From: Epiperipatus broadwayi
Taxonomy: Eukaryota > Animalia > Onychophora
Direction of reading: 5' to 3'
NCBI GenBank assembly: GCA_028023455.1
Contig: JAQFVV010000010.1
Coordinates: forward strand, 6,014,001-6,078,000
DNA: 64,000 bases
In this document: positions 39,188 to 52,670 of the stretch, in pieces
Layout: the number at the start of each line of letters is the position of its first letter
Position numbering within the stretch: position 1 is the stretch's first letter
Notes under the pieces: generated by a model
The model's database searches: none
The model's input: only the letters and a program-made list of their open reading frames with translations
What the model was told of the DNA's origin: nothing
Position numbers and translations under genes: made by a program

Positions 39188-42112
39188 CACATATGGGCAA
39201 CCTCCGGCCTTCTATGACTTTTAATGTGCCCCCCCACTATTCTATTTCAGCCATGTTTGATTCCGATTATCAAATTTTTGAATAGAGTCTAGCGAGAGTT
39301 ACGTTTGATTTTTATTTTTTGTGCAATTAAATAATTATGTTATTTAATAAATTTATATTTTATATCTTTATTTAAGTCTTCTAATGATTAAAATTTAAAA
39401 AAGTATAATTATTAATATTTCAAAATAGTGAAAATAAATGTGAAAACAAAGTTCTTAGTGATAACAAAAAAGCAGTTTTAATTAGCTGCACAGAATATGT
39501 ATATTGAAAAGGTTAGAACGAAATATTAAAATTTTATAAAATTAAAACAATGATATAATTAATTAGCATCAAAGAAACAAAAAAAATTATAAAAGTTAAT
39601 AAATTATTTACTGTTATTAAAAAATTATTCCCTACTGTTTTTGCAAAAGCAATTTTTGTAAAGCCAGCAATGGCAATTTCTGCTTTCTCATAACATATTT
39701 CCTACGAGCAATCTTTTTAAAAAGAAAATATTTTCAAAGACAACTCCCTACTAGTGATGTCATTTTTGGTTTAATAATAAATGTTTTACAAAAATATTAT
39801 GTCATTATCATTAACTATTACTGAAAATCACATTTTTTTTGTCTTATTTAGCTTCTCTCAGAATTAATACTTTAACTAGTTAAGCTGATGTTATATGGCA
39901 CTGCAAAACTCATTTCGTTTTCTCTTATAAAGACCTCTTTCTCATTTTGACTAGTAGTGTATGAACGTGTTATAACATGTCATTTTGATATTTGCATTTG
40001 GATTGTGCCTTTTTTTGTGTTCTATCTGCAATGTAAAAGGAGTTTTGGTTTTTATTTTAATAATTTGCATTGGTGTTGCGCCTTGTTAAGTACCCGCATT
40101 TATATTGTTTTCTGTTCAGTATCTGCAATGTTAAAAACAGTTTTGTTTGACAGTTCTGAATATATATATAGCTTTGAAATTTGGAACAATGTCAGGGATT
40201 ATATCCAAAAAAAAAAGTAGATACAGAGAATCTTCAATTTCAAGACAACTGGACAGAAAAGTATTATTTTATTCTGAATAAAGGTTTGCCTATATGTTTG
40301 CTGTGCAATGAATCTGTATCAGTCAACAAAGAATACAACTTGAAGAGACACTTTACTTCAAAACATGCAAATCATCAAAAAATTGATGGACAACTACGAA
40401 AAGATGAAATAGAGAAATTGAAGAACTTGGATACCCAGCAGCAAATGTTCACCAAGCAAAGAATGCAGCATGGAAGCATTGTGAAAGCCAGCTTTGTGTT
40501 AAGCAAAAAAATTGCTAAGCATTCTAAATCATTTGATGAGGGAGAATTTATCTAAGAATGTCTGTTGGATGTTGCAAGTATAATATGCCCTGAAAAAAAA
40601 AAGATTTCGTGAATATTAGTTTGTCAAGACGTACTGTTGTCCCGCAGATAGAAATCATGGCTGATGATATCCAAAAAAGTTTAAAAGAGAAGATTGCTAG
40701 ATTCAAAGCATTTTCAATTGCTTTGGATGACAGCACTGATACAGCACATCTAGCAATATTTATTCAGGGAGTTGATGTGGATTTTAATATCAGAGAATTG
40801 TTGGCACTTCAGCCACTAAAAGGAACAACTACTGGTGAAGATATAATTGGAGAAGTCAAAACAGTCTTCGAGATATTTGGGTTTAAATGGAGTTTACTAT
40901 CTGGCATATGCACTGATGGAGCCCCTGCAATGGTTGGTGCATGGAAGGGATTTATTGGAATAGTTCATGAAAAAGCAATAGAACTACAAATCCATCTGTA
41001 AAATTCAACAAATTTTCATTGCACTATCCACCAACAAAATTTATGTGCAAAATCAATTAAATTTACAAATGTTATGGAAGTTGTAGTATTCAGTATTAAC
41101 TTTATTAAGTCACATGCACTTAATCACCACCAATTTAAGAAATATTTGACAGACTTATTTTCAGATTATGAAAATGTGTCTTATTATTGTGAAGTAAGGT
41201 GGTTGAGTAAAGGTAAAATGTTAAAACGATTTTATGATCTGAGACAAGACATAGCCAATTTTATGGACATAAAAGGAAAAACAATTAACCAAGTAAGAGA
41301 TGATGAATGGGTTTGTGATTTGGCATTCCTTGTAGATGTCACTGGATACCTAAATGAACTTAATCTTAAATTGCAAAAAACCAGGACAATTGATTCATGA
41401 ACTGTATGGACATGTCAGTGTTTTTTGTAATAAACTAAAATTGTTGGAAAGTCAGATAAGAGCTAAAAATTGTTACCATTTTCCTACTCTAGCAACTCAT
41501 AAAAATATCCCTTATAATTGTTATAGAGATGAACTAAAGGCATTAATAGAGCAATTTGATACAAGATTTGCAGACTTTCAAAATAAAGACTCCATATTCA
41601 CTATATTTTCTCGTCCGATGGATGTTGATATAAATAATGTGCCAGAAAATTTACAGATAGAACTTATTGAGATTCAAGCAGATTTAGTGCTAAAGACACA
41701 GTTTAACAACATTGCTTTGACAGATTTTTATAAACATTTGGTGGAAGAAAAATATAGAAATTTACGTGCCTTTTCAATAAGAATTATTTGTCTTTTTGGC
41801 AGCACATATATGTGTGAACAGTTTTTTTCTAGAATGAAATTTAATAAATCAAAAATTCGGACAAGAATAATGGACAAAAACCTTGAAAATTCTATGCGAT
41901 TGTCCTTAAGCAATATTCTCATCAATACTGATAGTCTCATTGTTGAAGTACAAGGCCAATCCTGGCATTAAATTGTTATGTCATTATTATGAAATTTATG
42001 TAGCCCTTTATCATTCACTATTACTTTGTACTATTTAATTATTTGGTCCGGCCCTTGACTTGAAGACAGAAAGATAATTTGGCCCTAAACTTGGAAAGGT
42101 TGCCCATGCCTG
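39188..42112 (+). mobile_element. Full-length hAT transposon, Buster/SPIN (GTF2IRD2-like transposase) group
   Basis: TIRs cacatatgggcaacct / aggttgcccatgcctg; perfect 8-bp TSD gtttaaag (NNNTANNN); 2925 bp. Confidence 0.95.
40190..41971 (+). pseudogene. Frameshifted hAT transposase (zf-BED-like N-terminus, DDE core, dimerisation domain)
   Basis: FQDNWTEKYYF..CLLC..KEYNLKRHF, FSIALDDSTD, CTDGAPAM, HCTIHQQNLC, EVRWLS, FGSTYMCEQFFS are spread over ORFs 40181-41971. Confidence 0.93.
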
Positions 42113-43358
42113 GTTTAAAGTATCAATGTTTCAATTTTAAGCTGAGATGGTAAGAGATAGCTTATCGTGAAAATATTAGGTTTGAGAATTTAGTTTCTCA
42201 TAATTTATCACAATGATAAAACAGATTTGAGAACTAATGGTCAATGGATTGAAGTCAAATTGTTATTTCTGGTGCTCAAAAATCAGAAGATCTCTTGAAC
42301 AAGTAACCATCTGATTATGTATTTAATAATTTATATGATATGAAAGTAATATAATTACTGATTATAATAGCATATAATGAAATAAATTTTTTTTAAAAAC
42401 TTATTTTATAGTAAAGTGTGAATATAGTTTAAATATAATATAAACAGCTGTCAATGAGAGGATATAGCTGAAAATAGAATACAATGGAAAGCTACAATAT
42501 GGCAAAATGTTGCAGTCTTTCACAAAGACAAAAAAAGATTTACTGGAGATTAAATAACATTGCAAAATATCAAATATACCACAGTACCAAAATAAGATAT
42601 ATGTGGAAATTTGTATTTCAAAGATTAATTTTAATATATAAATTTCTACTTTTAACTTTTTGTTCTCCTTTGTTTCTTTCTCTTTTTTTTTTTTTCTTGT
42701 GTTAGAATGCTACACTAATCTTAAAGTAATTGCTAATAAAGTTGTGATATATAAGGAAAAAATCAAAACAGAAAAGCAATTTTCTTTTACTACCTCTATA
42801 TAACAAAAAATGTATCAATCCAATAAAGGTGTGAAGTTGTCTTAAAGCTAAGTATTTTCTGCTTTTTTCACTTTTTGCTAAACAAAAGATATTAAAAATT
42901 ACTTTAGGCAACATTAAGACTGTATGGTCAAGCTGAAAAAATATCAGTATTAATATTCTGAATAGTTTAGTATACTTGTTTTATATGAATCTGGAAAATA
43001 TTACAGCAACTTCAGCCTCTCCCCCTTTTTCCAGTTTTCAACTTTTTTAAAAAAGAATTAAATAGAACTTACTTTAATAGTTAATCCTTAATTAAACTTT
43101 GTCAATCAGGCATTTTTTTGAAAATAAAATAGCACACTGTTCAACAGTAGTGCAATTAAAGACAGGTTCTTCTCTAAGCTGATGAAAAGTTACAGTAATG
43201 TGTTGCACATGCAGATTTAATTTAATCAGATTCTATCTACTTCCATTTGGCCTTGCAGTTTTACTAACAAATTATCTTTCTTTTTTAACTTTATCTTAAA
43301 TATATATAAATTAGAAGAAAGAAAATTATATATTAATAAATTTTCAATGAAGTCTGAC

Positions 43359-43449
43359 CTCAATTTCATTTTCTCTATAAGCAAGATTTTCTTGTAGCTC
43401 CTTTTCAGACTGCTGCAATAACATTAACTGCTCTGAGAAATCTTTAAAT
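43359..43449 (-). CDS. Tango1: TANGO1/MIA3-like coding exon (FKDFSEQLMLLQQSEKELQENLAYRENEIE), phase 2-0
   Basis: tttttttag|ATTTAAA acceptor and GAG|gtcaga donor; 91 bp; phase is compatible with the 32-bp exon (AG+A = Arg). Confidence 0.85.
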
Positions 43450-43699
43450 CTAAAAAAAATAAATAAATAAAAATAGTGCTTTGTTTTAATATATATTGAA
43501 ATGATGTAATCATTTTATGTTATTATAGCCATTAATCTCTTTCTAAGATTCCATGAAAGGAAGGGTTTATTACAATATAGGGTATTCTCTCTTCAAAGAC
43601 AAGCTAAGCAAAGCAAAGGAAGATTAAGGCTACTTAAATACAGTCATAAAACTTATATTTTTACAAAACAAGGATTCCTTGAAATATTAAAAGATAATT

Positions 43700-44300
43700 T
43701 TAATTAACTTAAAGGTAATAATAATAATAATAATAAAGTACAATTAATGTTCCAAAGAAATGATAAAACATATAATAAAAAATGCACCAATTCTTGAAAG
43801 CATGTGATATTATGATAAACATTGCTTTAAAAGAACAAACACTACAAATAAATACAAATGAGGATTTCAATAGATTCTGTGTTCAAAACATAGTAGCTAA
43901 AATCTACTTAATAAATATACATAATAAAAATAATTCCCTTGAAAATTCTAAAACCAATGGCAGGTTATCTCACAAGATTTCTTCTTGGATAGAAAACCAA
44001 TTTCGTACAGAATGTCTCTCAAATGCCTTAGCATAATAATCAAACCCCGGAAAGCCCACTCTCAATAGCAGCTAAATATTAAAAAGATTATATTTCATAA
44101 ATTTTGTTAATCTCAAAGTGTCAAAGATGAAACTCCAGGGAAATAAGAAAATAAAGAATTTGCTGCTAAACGTTTAGGAAATGTTTATCATAGTTCGAAA
44201 ATAACAAAGAACTAAAGGAATCTTCATGTCTTCAACTATAAACTTGTTTAAATTTAGACTACAACTATATGCTATATTAACATCCACATTTGTATGTAAG
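43700..44300 (+). mobile_element. LINE RT N-terminal relic (Jockey/I-like)
   Basis: IPLKILKP..; a KPGKP-like motif (aaaccccggaaagccc) with frameshifts. Confidence 0.4.
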
Positions 44301-45779
44301 TCATTCAAACATTTTAAATAAACTGTAATAGAAACTGTTTAAAATTATAAATGAACTTTTAATATATATTGCTTACATTTATTATTATTTCACACATTTA
44401 TGATATATTTTATAAGTTATATATATATATTAAGTAATAAGTAGATAATGTATATATTATAATTATTTAAAGTTTCAATAATATTTTAAATTTTAGACTT
44501 AGATAATGAAATTGTTATATATGCTTATTTATGATTAATGCTATTGAAAAGAATAAACTATTTACTAGTTAAATTAATAAAAAATATTATAATTTGGGTT
44601 AGAAATATTATTTATTCTCTTTTAAGCATAGTAATAATTTTACATAAGTTCATAATTGGATAAATAAATAAAAGCTGATAAGAAGTTAAGAGTGTTAGAC
44701 AGCTAGTAACCTGAATTTGAATAATTCTTTGAAGTTTATCTTATACATATTAAATGAATAAATGATTTCCTATAACTTTATGAAATTTGTTATAAAATAA
44801 TAACGCAATGTAAGTATAGAGATGATGAATTTGATATTATTTTTATATGCAGTCAATATTAATAACAGGCATGAAATCTTAGTTATTAAAAGTTTGAAAC
44901 AAGGATTCTGTTGGTAATTATATTATATATTGTTCTGTCTTGATTATGTATATATGGTATTCCTATGCTAAAAGTAATAATATGCACGTGAACTGTGTAT
45001 ATTAGCAATTTACTCTCTATATTATAGAGCAAGTCTCGCATACAATGCATTGTTTCACTATATTGATTCGGGTGGGAGAAGATGATATTAAAAAAACCGA
45101 GAGAAGAATAATTCTAATAAATATTGTGAAAAAAACAAATTGTTTCCTTAATAAAAAAAAATAAATATTATAAAATTATTTATTATAACTTGATCTACTC
45201 CAGCTGCATTTTAGTATTGCATCACACTGGTCCCTCAGGCAGAGAAGCACAATATCAAAGGTACCTATAGCCAGGCCGAAGTTATACAGGATATAACTTA
45301 TGGCCACCTTTCCAGGCTACAGAACTTCTCAGCTGCTAAATTCAACACGTCATTCAAGGCACTTTATTTGTTTTGAAGTAAACTTCAGGCGCCAGCTAAT
45401 TACACAAAGTAATTAACATGCCCTGAATGACGGTTACTAATTTAGCGCATGATTTCTCCCAAACTAGCTCAATGGAAACGTAATAGAATAAACTGCTTTA
45501 ACAGATTCTTTACCAAGTGATAATTAGTGGTAGGAGTACAAGAATTGACCGACAAATATTCAATTTCCAAAATAATTTATTTTAAAATTTTAAATTAACT
45601 TATGGCTCAATTTATCATCCCTTCCCTGAAAAAAATAATGATTACATATCATGTATTAGACACACATATTATAAATAAACATAAAGCATTAAAATATTAT
45701 GTATGATGCACACACATTTACCATAAGTTATTTGGATATTTAAATGTTGCAGTTATTTTGTGAAAAAAAAAAAAATCTG

Positions 45780-47190
45780 AAGCTACAAAGACATCACTAT
45801 TGAAATCAGGAAAAGCAGAATATAAATCAAAAACTATATAGTGAAGATGATAAAAAATCACTAAAGCATTGACTTTTTAGGAGTTAACAAAATAAAGCAG
45901 ACTGAGATTTTTAAACTATAAGATCATACTATCTATTATTCATTCCACAAACAAAATGATATTGCAAGAACTGTTACTAAATATAGAACTATCACTAAAT
46001 ATAATTCGTAAATGATAGAAATTCTATTTTATGGATACCCAATTCAATGTTACTATAATTATGCTTTTTACCTCAATGACTCAAGCTAGTCAAAAAAAAT
46101 TGAAAAAATGTTTAATCAGATTTGAGCAGAAATTGACTATAATAAAAATATATTTCTAGTAATCCTAATCAAAATGCAAAAACTGGAAATGGAAAAATAG
46201 AAAATGAGATCAATATAGCATAGTGATGATAGTGGTGCATTCAAAAACTAAAAGTTTTTGGATCAATATCAATTCCAAAGTTAAAACAAAAAATCTCATT
46301 TTTGTATTCAAATATTCTTTATTTATTTATAGTAATCTTTATTTTTTTTCTATGTTAATGAATAGTTTATCTTTTCCTCTCTCATTTTTTTCTACACTTC
46401 AATAATTTTATTACTATTATTTATATATATTTTTAACAACATTTAATGAAAACTTAGACTAGTAATAGCAAAAGACAAAAAGATAAATTATTCAAAATAG
46501 GTGAAGGACCGAAGATCTTATCTTATTTGTCACAAAAATGCAAAGAAAATATGATAGTTCAAATTCTGTCAAAACCACTTTACCGAAAGCTTTTAAAAAA
46601 AATTTCATATAATGTAAAAATATCATTTTTGTTTCTAAACAATTTTGAACAAGCCTACAAATAAACTATGTCTTATCAAATATGACAGTGATAATATAAA
46701 TTCATTCATGGAACAGCCAAATCTGAAAAAGTTACTATGGTAACATCCATTTCTTATATCAATACCAATCTATTTCTCAGATAAGATATGCAAGTTCACT
46801 TAAATGATTCTTTGGGAATCTGGCTTATGAATTATCATAGTAACATTTCCAAACTTGACTATTCCATAAACGAGTTTAGATTATCATTGTCACATGACAT
46901 AATTTATTTAAAAACTTGTTTAAAATTGTTTAGAAACAAAAATGATATTCTTACACTCTGAAATTTTTTTAAAAAACTTTCAGGAAAGTAGTTTTGACAG
47001 AATTTGAACTATCATATTTTCTTTGCAAGTAGATTATTTTAATGTCAATGTAGTTTTGTGACAAATAATATTTTCAGTCCTCCACCTACTTTGGATAACA
47101 TCTTTTATTTATCTTTTGTTGTTACTACTCTGTTTCATTATTACATATGTGTTATGGTGTCTTTGGAATTTTGCTGGTTTATCTGAAAAT
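45780..47190. mobile_element. RTE-like LINE endonuclease relic ending in a fold-back inverted duplication
   Basis: APE-like motifs on the plus strand (NAKTG, PIQCYYNY). About 46250-46740 is repeated in inverted orientation at about 46800-47190. Confidence 0.55.
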
Positions 47191-47780
47191 TTTATTGATT
47201 CTATAAAGTAACATATGCTGATAATTTTTTTATATATATTGTAAATATTCTTCTTATGAGTATAAATTTAATATTTTCTTTAAATCTTAGTAATAAATAT
47301 TCTGTGAAAAAAATATTGTAGTTCAATATTGAAAAAACACTTTACATAACCTTAACTTAGTGATTAAATTTAGCGGAATGAATAATATGGTTTCAGCCTT
47401 CTTGTGTAGCTCACTAAATGAAGTCAAAAAAATATTAAATTTACTAAAAAAATTCATAATAAAACAATCTTTAGTTGTTCATTTAATCGCCATGCATAAT
47501 GCTAAGCATCTTGTGTGTGTGTGTGTGTGTGTATGTATAAATCAAATAAAGTCTTTGTCTAAACTGTAAATAATAAAAACACATATATATCAATGTGTTA
47601 ACAGATTTTTTTAATATATTAATTCTAATAATGTTACAAATCAAAGATTTAATAATGTGTAGTTGAACATCTTCTAAAATTTTGGTTATTAAATAATAGA
47701 TTTTTTAAAAAAAAAAGTTGTTTTGTTATAATTTTGGTATACTTCACTGAAACATACTCAGATTTTAATACTTTAAAAAA

Positions 47781-47955
47781 ATCAGATATTTTATGGTAAT
47801 ATCTCCACACTAAAACCCAATATATTTATATTATATCTATCTATAGCTTTGAAAATGAAGGCATCGTTCCTTCGAAAGCGCTAAATATAGAAATAAATAT
47901 AATAATATAAATATATTGGGTTTTAGTGTGGAGATATTACCGTAAAATATCTGAT
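47781..47955. mobile_element. Palindromic mini-element: 53-bp inverted arms enclosing a hammerhead-like core
   Basis: Arms 47781-47833 and 47903-47955 differ at one base. The loop reads ttgaaaa-t-GAAGG(catcgtt)CCTTC-GAAA-GCGC-TA. Confidence 0.75.
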
Positions 47956-49289
47956 CTTATTACATATATAAACCACACATTTAGTTATTTAATAGTTACT
48001 TTTAAAAAATAATTACTCTTTCTGACACTTTAATATACATGTGTTTTATTATATGTGTGTGTATCCATATTAGAGAGAGGTTTTCTTAGTTAAATTACAA
48101 TTAGAAAACTTTGGAAAACACTATGAACTTCAATAACAAAGAAATTTCTTATGACCCAGATTCAAATACATTATGGTGTTGAAAGTCTTTGAAAAGATTC
48201 TGATCTACAGACATAAAAATATTAGTCAAGATACAATTGGATATAGTTTACAAGTTTGTTTTTCAATATTCTTCATCTATGATTTAGGCAAATTTTCAAT
48301 AAAAAACAATAAATAAAGTGAAATTCTTTATAACTGATCACCTATAATTAAAAATAGTAATAGATTTATGTTGACAAATATTAGGAAAGTTTAAGCTACT
48401 TAATTTCCTGGTTTTAGTAATAAAAAGTACTTCTGAACTAAAAAAAAAAAAACTGCCCCTCACACTGGTCATGAGCCATATTTCATTTAAATTGGCAGGA
48501 AAAAGGCATGAATTATGGTTATCCCCTTGATATATCATCCTTGTTTTCCTAGGACAATTACTATCTTTTCCTTGAATAAATAATTAATTTTTAATTATTT
48601 ATAAAAGATATATTCTTTAAAAAAAAATTTGCCACAAATTTAAAATAAATACTAAACAAACTGTGTGATCATCTGTAAGCAAATGACAGCTGAGGATTGA
48701 ATCAAATACTTTCTATTATTAAAAATAATCATTCCATACTAAGACATGTAAATTTATAAAGACTCCAGTGAATTATTATTTCAAAATTATTTTCCAATAG
48801 ATAAACTTATTACATTAATTTTATTTCCAGTAAAAAATGAAGTCAATCAGCAGTGTATACAAAATATTGTCCATGTGTGTGTGTGCATATAAATTGCATA
48901 TCAAATGCTAATTCAATGTTATTTTTAATAATATTTGAGAAGAAATCACTGCATAGCCTAAATTTATTTACTTGTTTTGTTAGGAACGAAATATCATTCA
49001 TAAATCATATGATATTCATACATTTTACATAAAAAGTAAGATATATAGATATTTTAGTTATCTAAATTTCAGCATTAAAGATAATAATAAGTATGAATTT
49101 TTATATACCAATTTAATTATAATTTTAATATAATAAACCTATTAATATATTGTATATTTTAAAACTTATCTATCATATTCAAATAACTGAAACACAGGCT
49201 TATTATATACCTGTGTCTATATATGTAATATAGGGTATAAATATATATGTGCTTGAGTGTATCAGTGTTATTAGATAGGGTGGAGAGTG

Positions 49290-52200
49290 ATGGGTCATCT
49301 GAAAGTCTGTGCTCATATACCCTATATTACATATTCAAATAAATATAAAATTGATAACTTAAAAGTTTTTATTTTTATTCTACAAAAAAAATTTTTTTTT
49401 TACTCAACTTTATTTCTTTTCATGGTATGTTTAATTTTATGGTTGAAACAGTATGTTTCTTCTCTCATAATTGTTTCGCCTATTTTTCCCCACAGCTCCA
49501 TCTGTGCCAGATTTAAACCCCCTCTGAGTACATGTATATAAGCATCAACAAGGCTATATATGTGTTATTGCACATATATAGGCGGACATATGACTGTGAT
49601 ATCAATTTACATATATATTACAGCGTGTATATTTATTTAAAATAAAATATTTTGTTATATATTTGTTTTGTTTAAAAAGAGTTTACATTTTGAATTGTGT
49701 GTGATCTACACATAACCCTGTTATATGTAAGGGGAGATATCATTAAAAGCTAGAACAATCCTCAATTTTAATCTTAAATAAATCACAAACAAAACCCAGC
49801 TTGACAAGGTAATCTAAGTTGTTTCTAAACAATAGTACTTTTTTAAAGGTCAATTTTAAAGCAAAATATTTTATTAGAAAAATGACAAGATAATTTAAAA
49901 TGTATTGAGGTACAGAATTTCAAAGAGAAGTAAATATTCTTGTTGACAGTGGGGTGGTCAAAAGATTGAATTATAAAAATAAGCCTGATTCCTTGCTGCA
50001 AGGGTTCATTCTATTGTTTTTTGTGAAGCACTATCCATCAAAATCCACACCGGTTTTGACCGCCATGTCTTGCTAGGCAAAACATACATTTGCTGTCTCT
50101 GGCAGGAGATGGCAATCTCTCTATTCACCCCATGTGCTTGCGACCTGATCATCATCGCAGAAAAGAGAAGCCTTCCAGCAGCCTACAGCAAGAAGATGCC
50201 TTAATCAAGACTGCCTTTCCTGAGAAGAATACCACTACATCCACCGTCTGATGTGCCTGCATTACGAGCTACAACTAAGAAGATCAGTAATATTCTTTTT
50301 AAAGACTGCAGAGCTCTATAATTTAATCTTTAAATATGTAATATTAAGCTAGCTTATTTACTATAATGAACGTTCAATATTATTCCTTAAAACTCTTTAA
50401 ATTAAATCATTTGTAAAGTAAATCTTGTTAAACTTGCTTGAATTCATCTTTATCCGGTAAAAAGAGTTACTGTCAATCTTATTTATTAAAATCTGTTAAA
50501 TCATTTCTAAAGTAACTATGTAAAACTTGCCTGAATTAACCTTTATGCTGTCAAATAATTTATTCATTTAATCTGTAAATAAGACAATCAGTTACGATTT
50601 AAATTTCTTAAAACTGCAGTCATGCCTAGATTTATTGTTTTAGTTATTCTGTTTAAATTTAATATACAGTATATGTTATAATATGCCCATCTTTTGAAAC
50701 AGCGAATAACAATTATTAACTAACTTTCAATGGAGATAATTAAAATCTCCACTTTAAATATTTAAAGAATGCTCCTTAGCATATTAAATCGCTGTTTTGA
50801 AATAATATATTGATAGATACTAACCTATCGCTACGCAATCAATCATGTTTTTATATATGTTATAACTGCACTATATTTTGCAAAGTTTACTTAATCAGTT
50901 ATTATAATTTATAACTTTGGAGATCTATTAGTTAAAAGAGATGTGCTGGATAGAGATGGTATTAAAGTATATTTGTTAACATTTATTAATGCCCATCAAA
51001 TACCCTTTCCCTCTTTAATTACAAATATATATATGCAGATTCAGGATTTTAACTTGGGCTATAATTTAATTTAAGTCATTTTAGTTAGCATAATTGTAAT
51101 GCTAGTTTAAGAACTGGGTTGTGTTAATTTGGAAGATAGAAGCCATCTGTTTTAGGCACAATTAATTGACTATACATATACCTATTAGTTTTTGAGTGTG
51201 CGTTGCAAGTGTGTCTTTATAAAGTACACGTTCGTGTTTACATTTTGCTGCATCTTTTAAATGGGTTCACGATGACAGACCACCCCATTCTTTAGTTCGG
51301 GTATGGCTATCTTTATTAGAACTGGAACACGAGAATCCAGACCATGTTTATAAAGCCTATCCGAGTTCCTGAACTTATCTGTTTTTATATAAATGGCAGC
51401 AAACTGTCCGGTCTCAGAGCAACCGAACATTTGATGCTGAAGCTCCTGAATATTTACTCACTCGCACTGCAAACTTACTCTTTAGTATTTTATATAGCGC
51501 CATAGTATATGTATATGTGAATCTAAAAGTAACCAGTTCTTTTCCTCCTTATTAATTAATTATTCAGCATTAGACTGAAACTCAAATCTTGGTTACCAGT
51601 TTGAATCTGCATTATCTTGAGCCTATTTAGTTGCTCACACTATCAATGTATATAACAATCATCTAAGAGATGTATGTATTCATCATTCCTGCTAGTCTAT
51701 TATCTTATAACATTAGCAAACTATGAGCAATAAGATGGGTATATTACATGATTATAGGCATGATTTATTAACTGCACATCCATTTATTTTAATATGTTAA
51801 GATGAGACAGCTGTACTGATAATAGTCTCACCTCTGATGTAAAAGCCTGCCTTTAATGCTATATAATCCTTGTCTTTTGTTACTTTATTTTGTTATTGTT
51901 TTAATAAACATATTTAAAATACAAAATTTGTTTCATATCTTTCTTGCTCATAGTTCTAGTTCAATCCAATCCACATTATCTGATTCCCATTTTTTAATAA
52001 TTTATATGCTGAGTATACATTGTTTTAATTACTATAATTAATGTATTAAGTGGTCTGTTCCAACCAGTGAGTTAAATTGATGGTTAGCCCTTGAGTCTCA
52101 TGTTTCTCCCTGTTCTAAATCAGCTCGCAGGTTAAATTGAGACTGAGTGTAACCTCAGAAATGTCACTCAAAAGGTGTTAAATCATGAACTATTAGCAAA

Positions 52201-52313
52201 TGAGTTGAAATTTGGTTGGATTAGATGTCTCACCACCTCACTTCGGTCAGCTTTGGTGTGTTTTGTCTAGACTCTGGATTTAGTTGCGCGAGTGTACAAA
52301 TCTGACCGTTACA
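49290..52313. mobile_element. Long non-coding interspersed repeat, solo-LTR-like, copy 2 (start approximate)
   Basis: Colinear with 15480-19481 minus the MITE; ends in ctgaccgttaca; TATA-like motif at 49972; no PBS/PPT or TSD identified. Confidence 0.65.
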
Positions 52314-52638
52314 TAGGTAACATATATCTTTGCATCGTGTAAACTAAAGCAAATATTTTTTATGTATCTTGGATTGAACGAAATCAAATTGTCATTATGT
52401 GATAATTGTTTTTCTTATGGTTACTACATTAATATATATATGGCTGTACATAAAAAAAAATATTTTTATTGAATAGAATAATATATCATACAATCCTAAA
52501 AATTATTATGCTTACTTATTCATAACATACTTGCAACCTATCTTTATATATGAAAAAAACATTGGTTTCTCAAACTAAAGCAACTTATGTGAAAGTGGAT
52601 ACATCCACTTGTATACATAGTATAAAATACAAAATTAC

Positions 52639-52670
52639 CTTTCATTCCAAACTTCTGCTTCTTTTAGCAG
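52639..52670 (-). CDS. Tango1: TANGO1/MIA3-like 32-bp micro-exon (LLKEAEVWNE-R), phase 0-2
   Basis: gttttttag|CTGCTA acceptor and GAAAG|gtaatt donor; the peptide matches the family motif LLQEAEVWKEQ (recalled). Confidence 0.88.

Noticed and set aside
43241-43294. Possible extra exon IKLKKKDNLLVKLQGQME after a 64-bp intron
   Set aside because: Weak splice signals; the 43359 exon already joins in frame to 28717 with a family-like junction (EIE|ALK).
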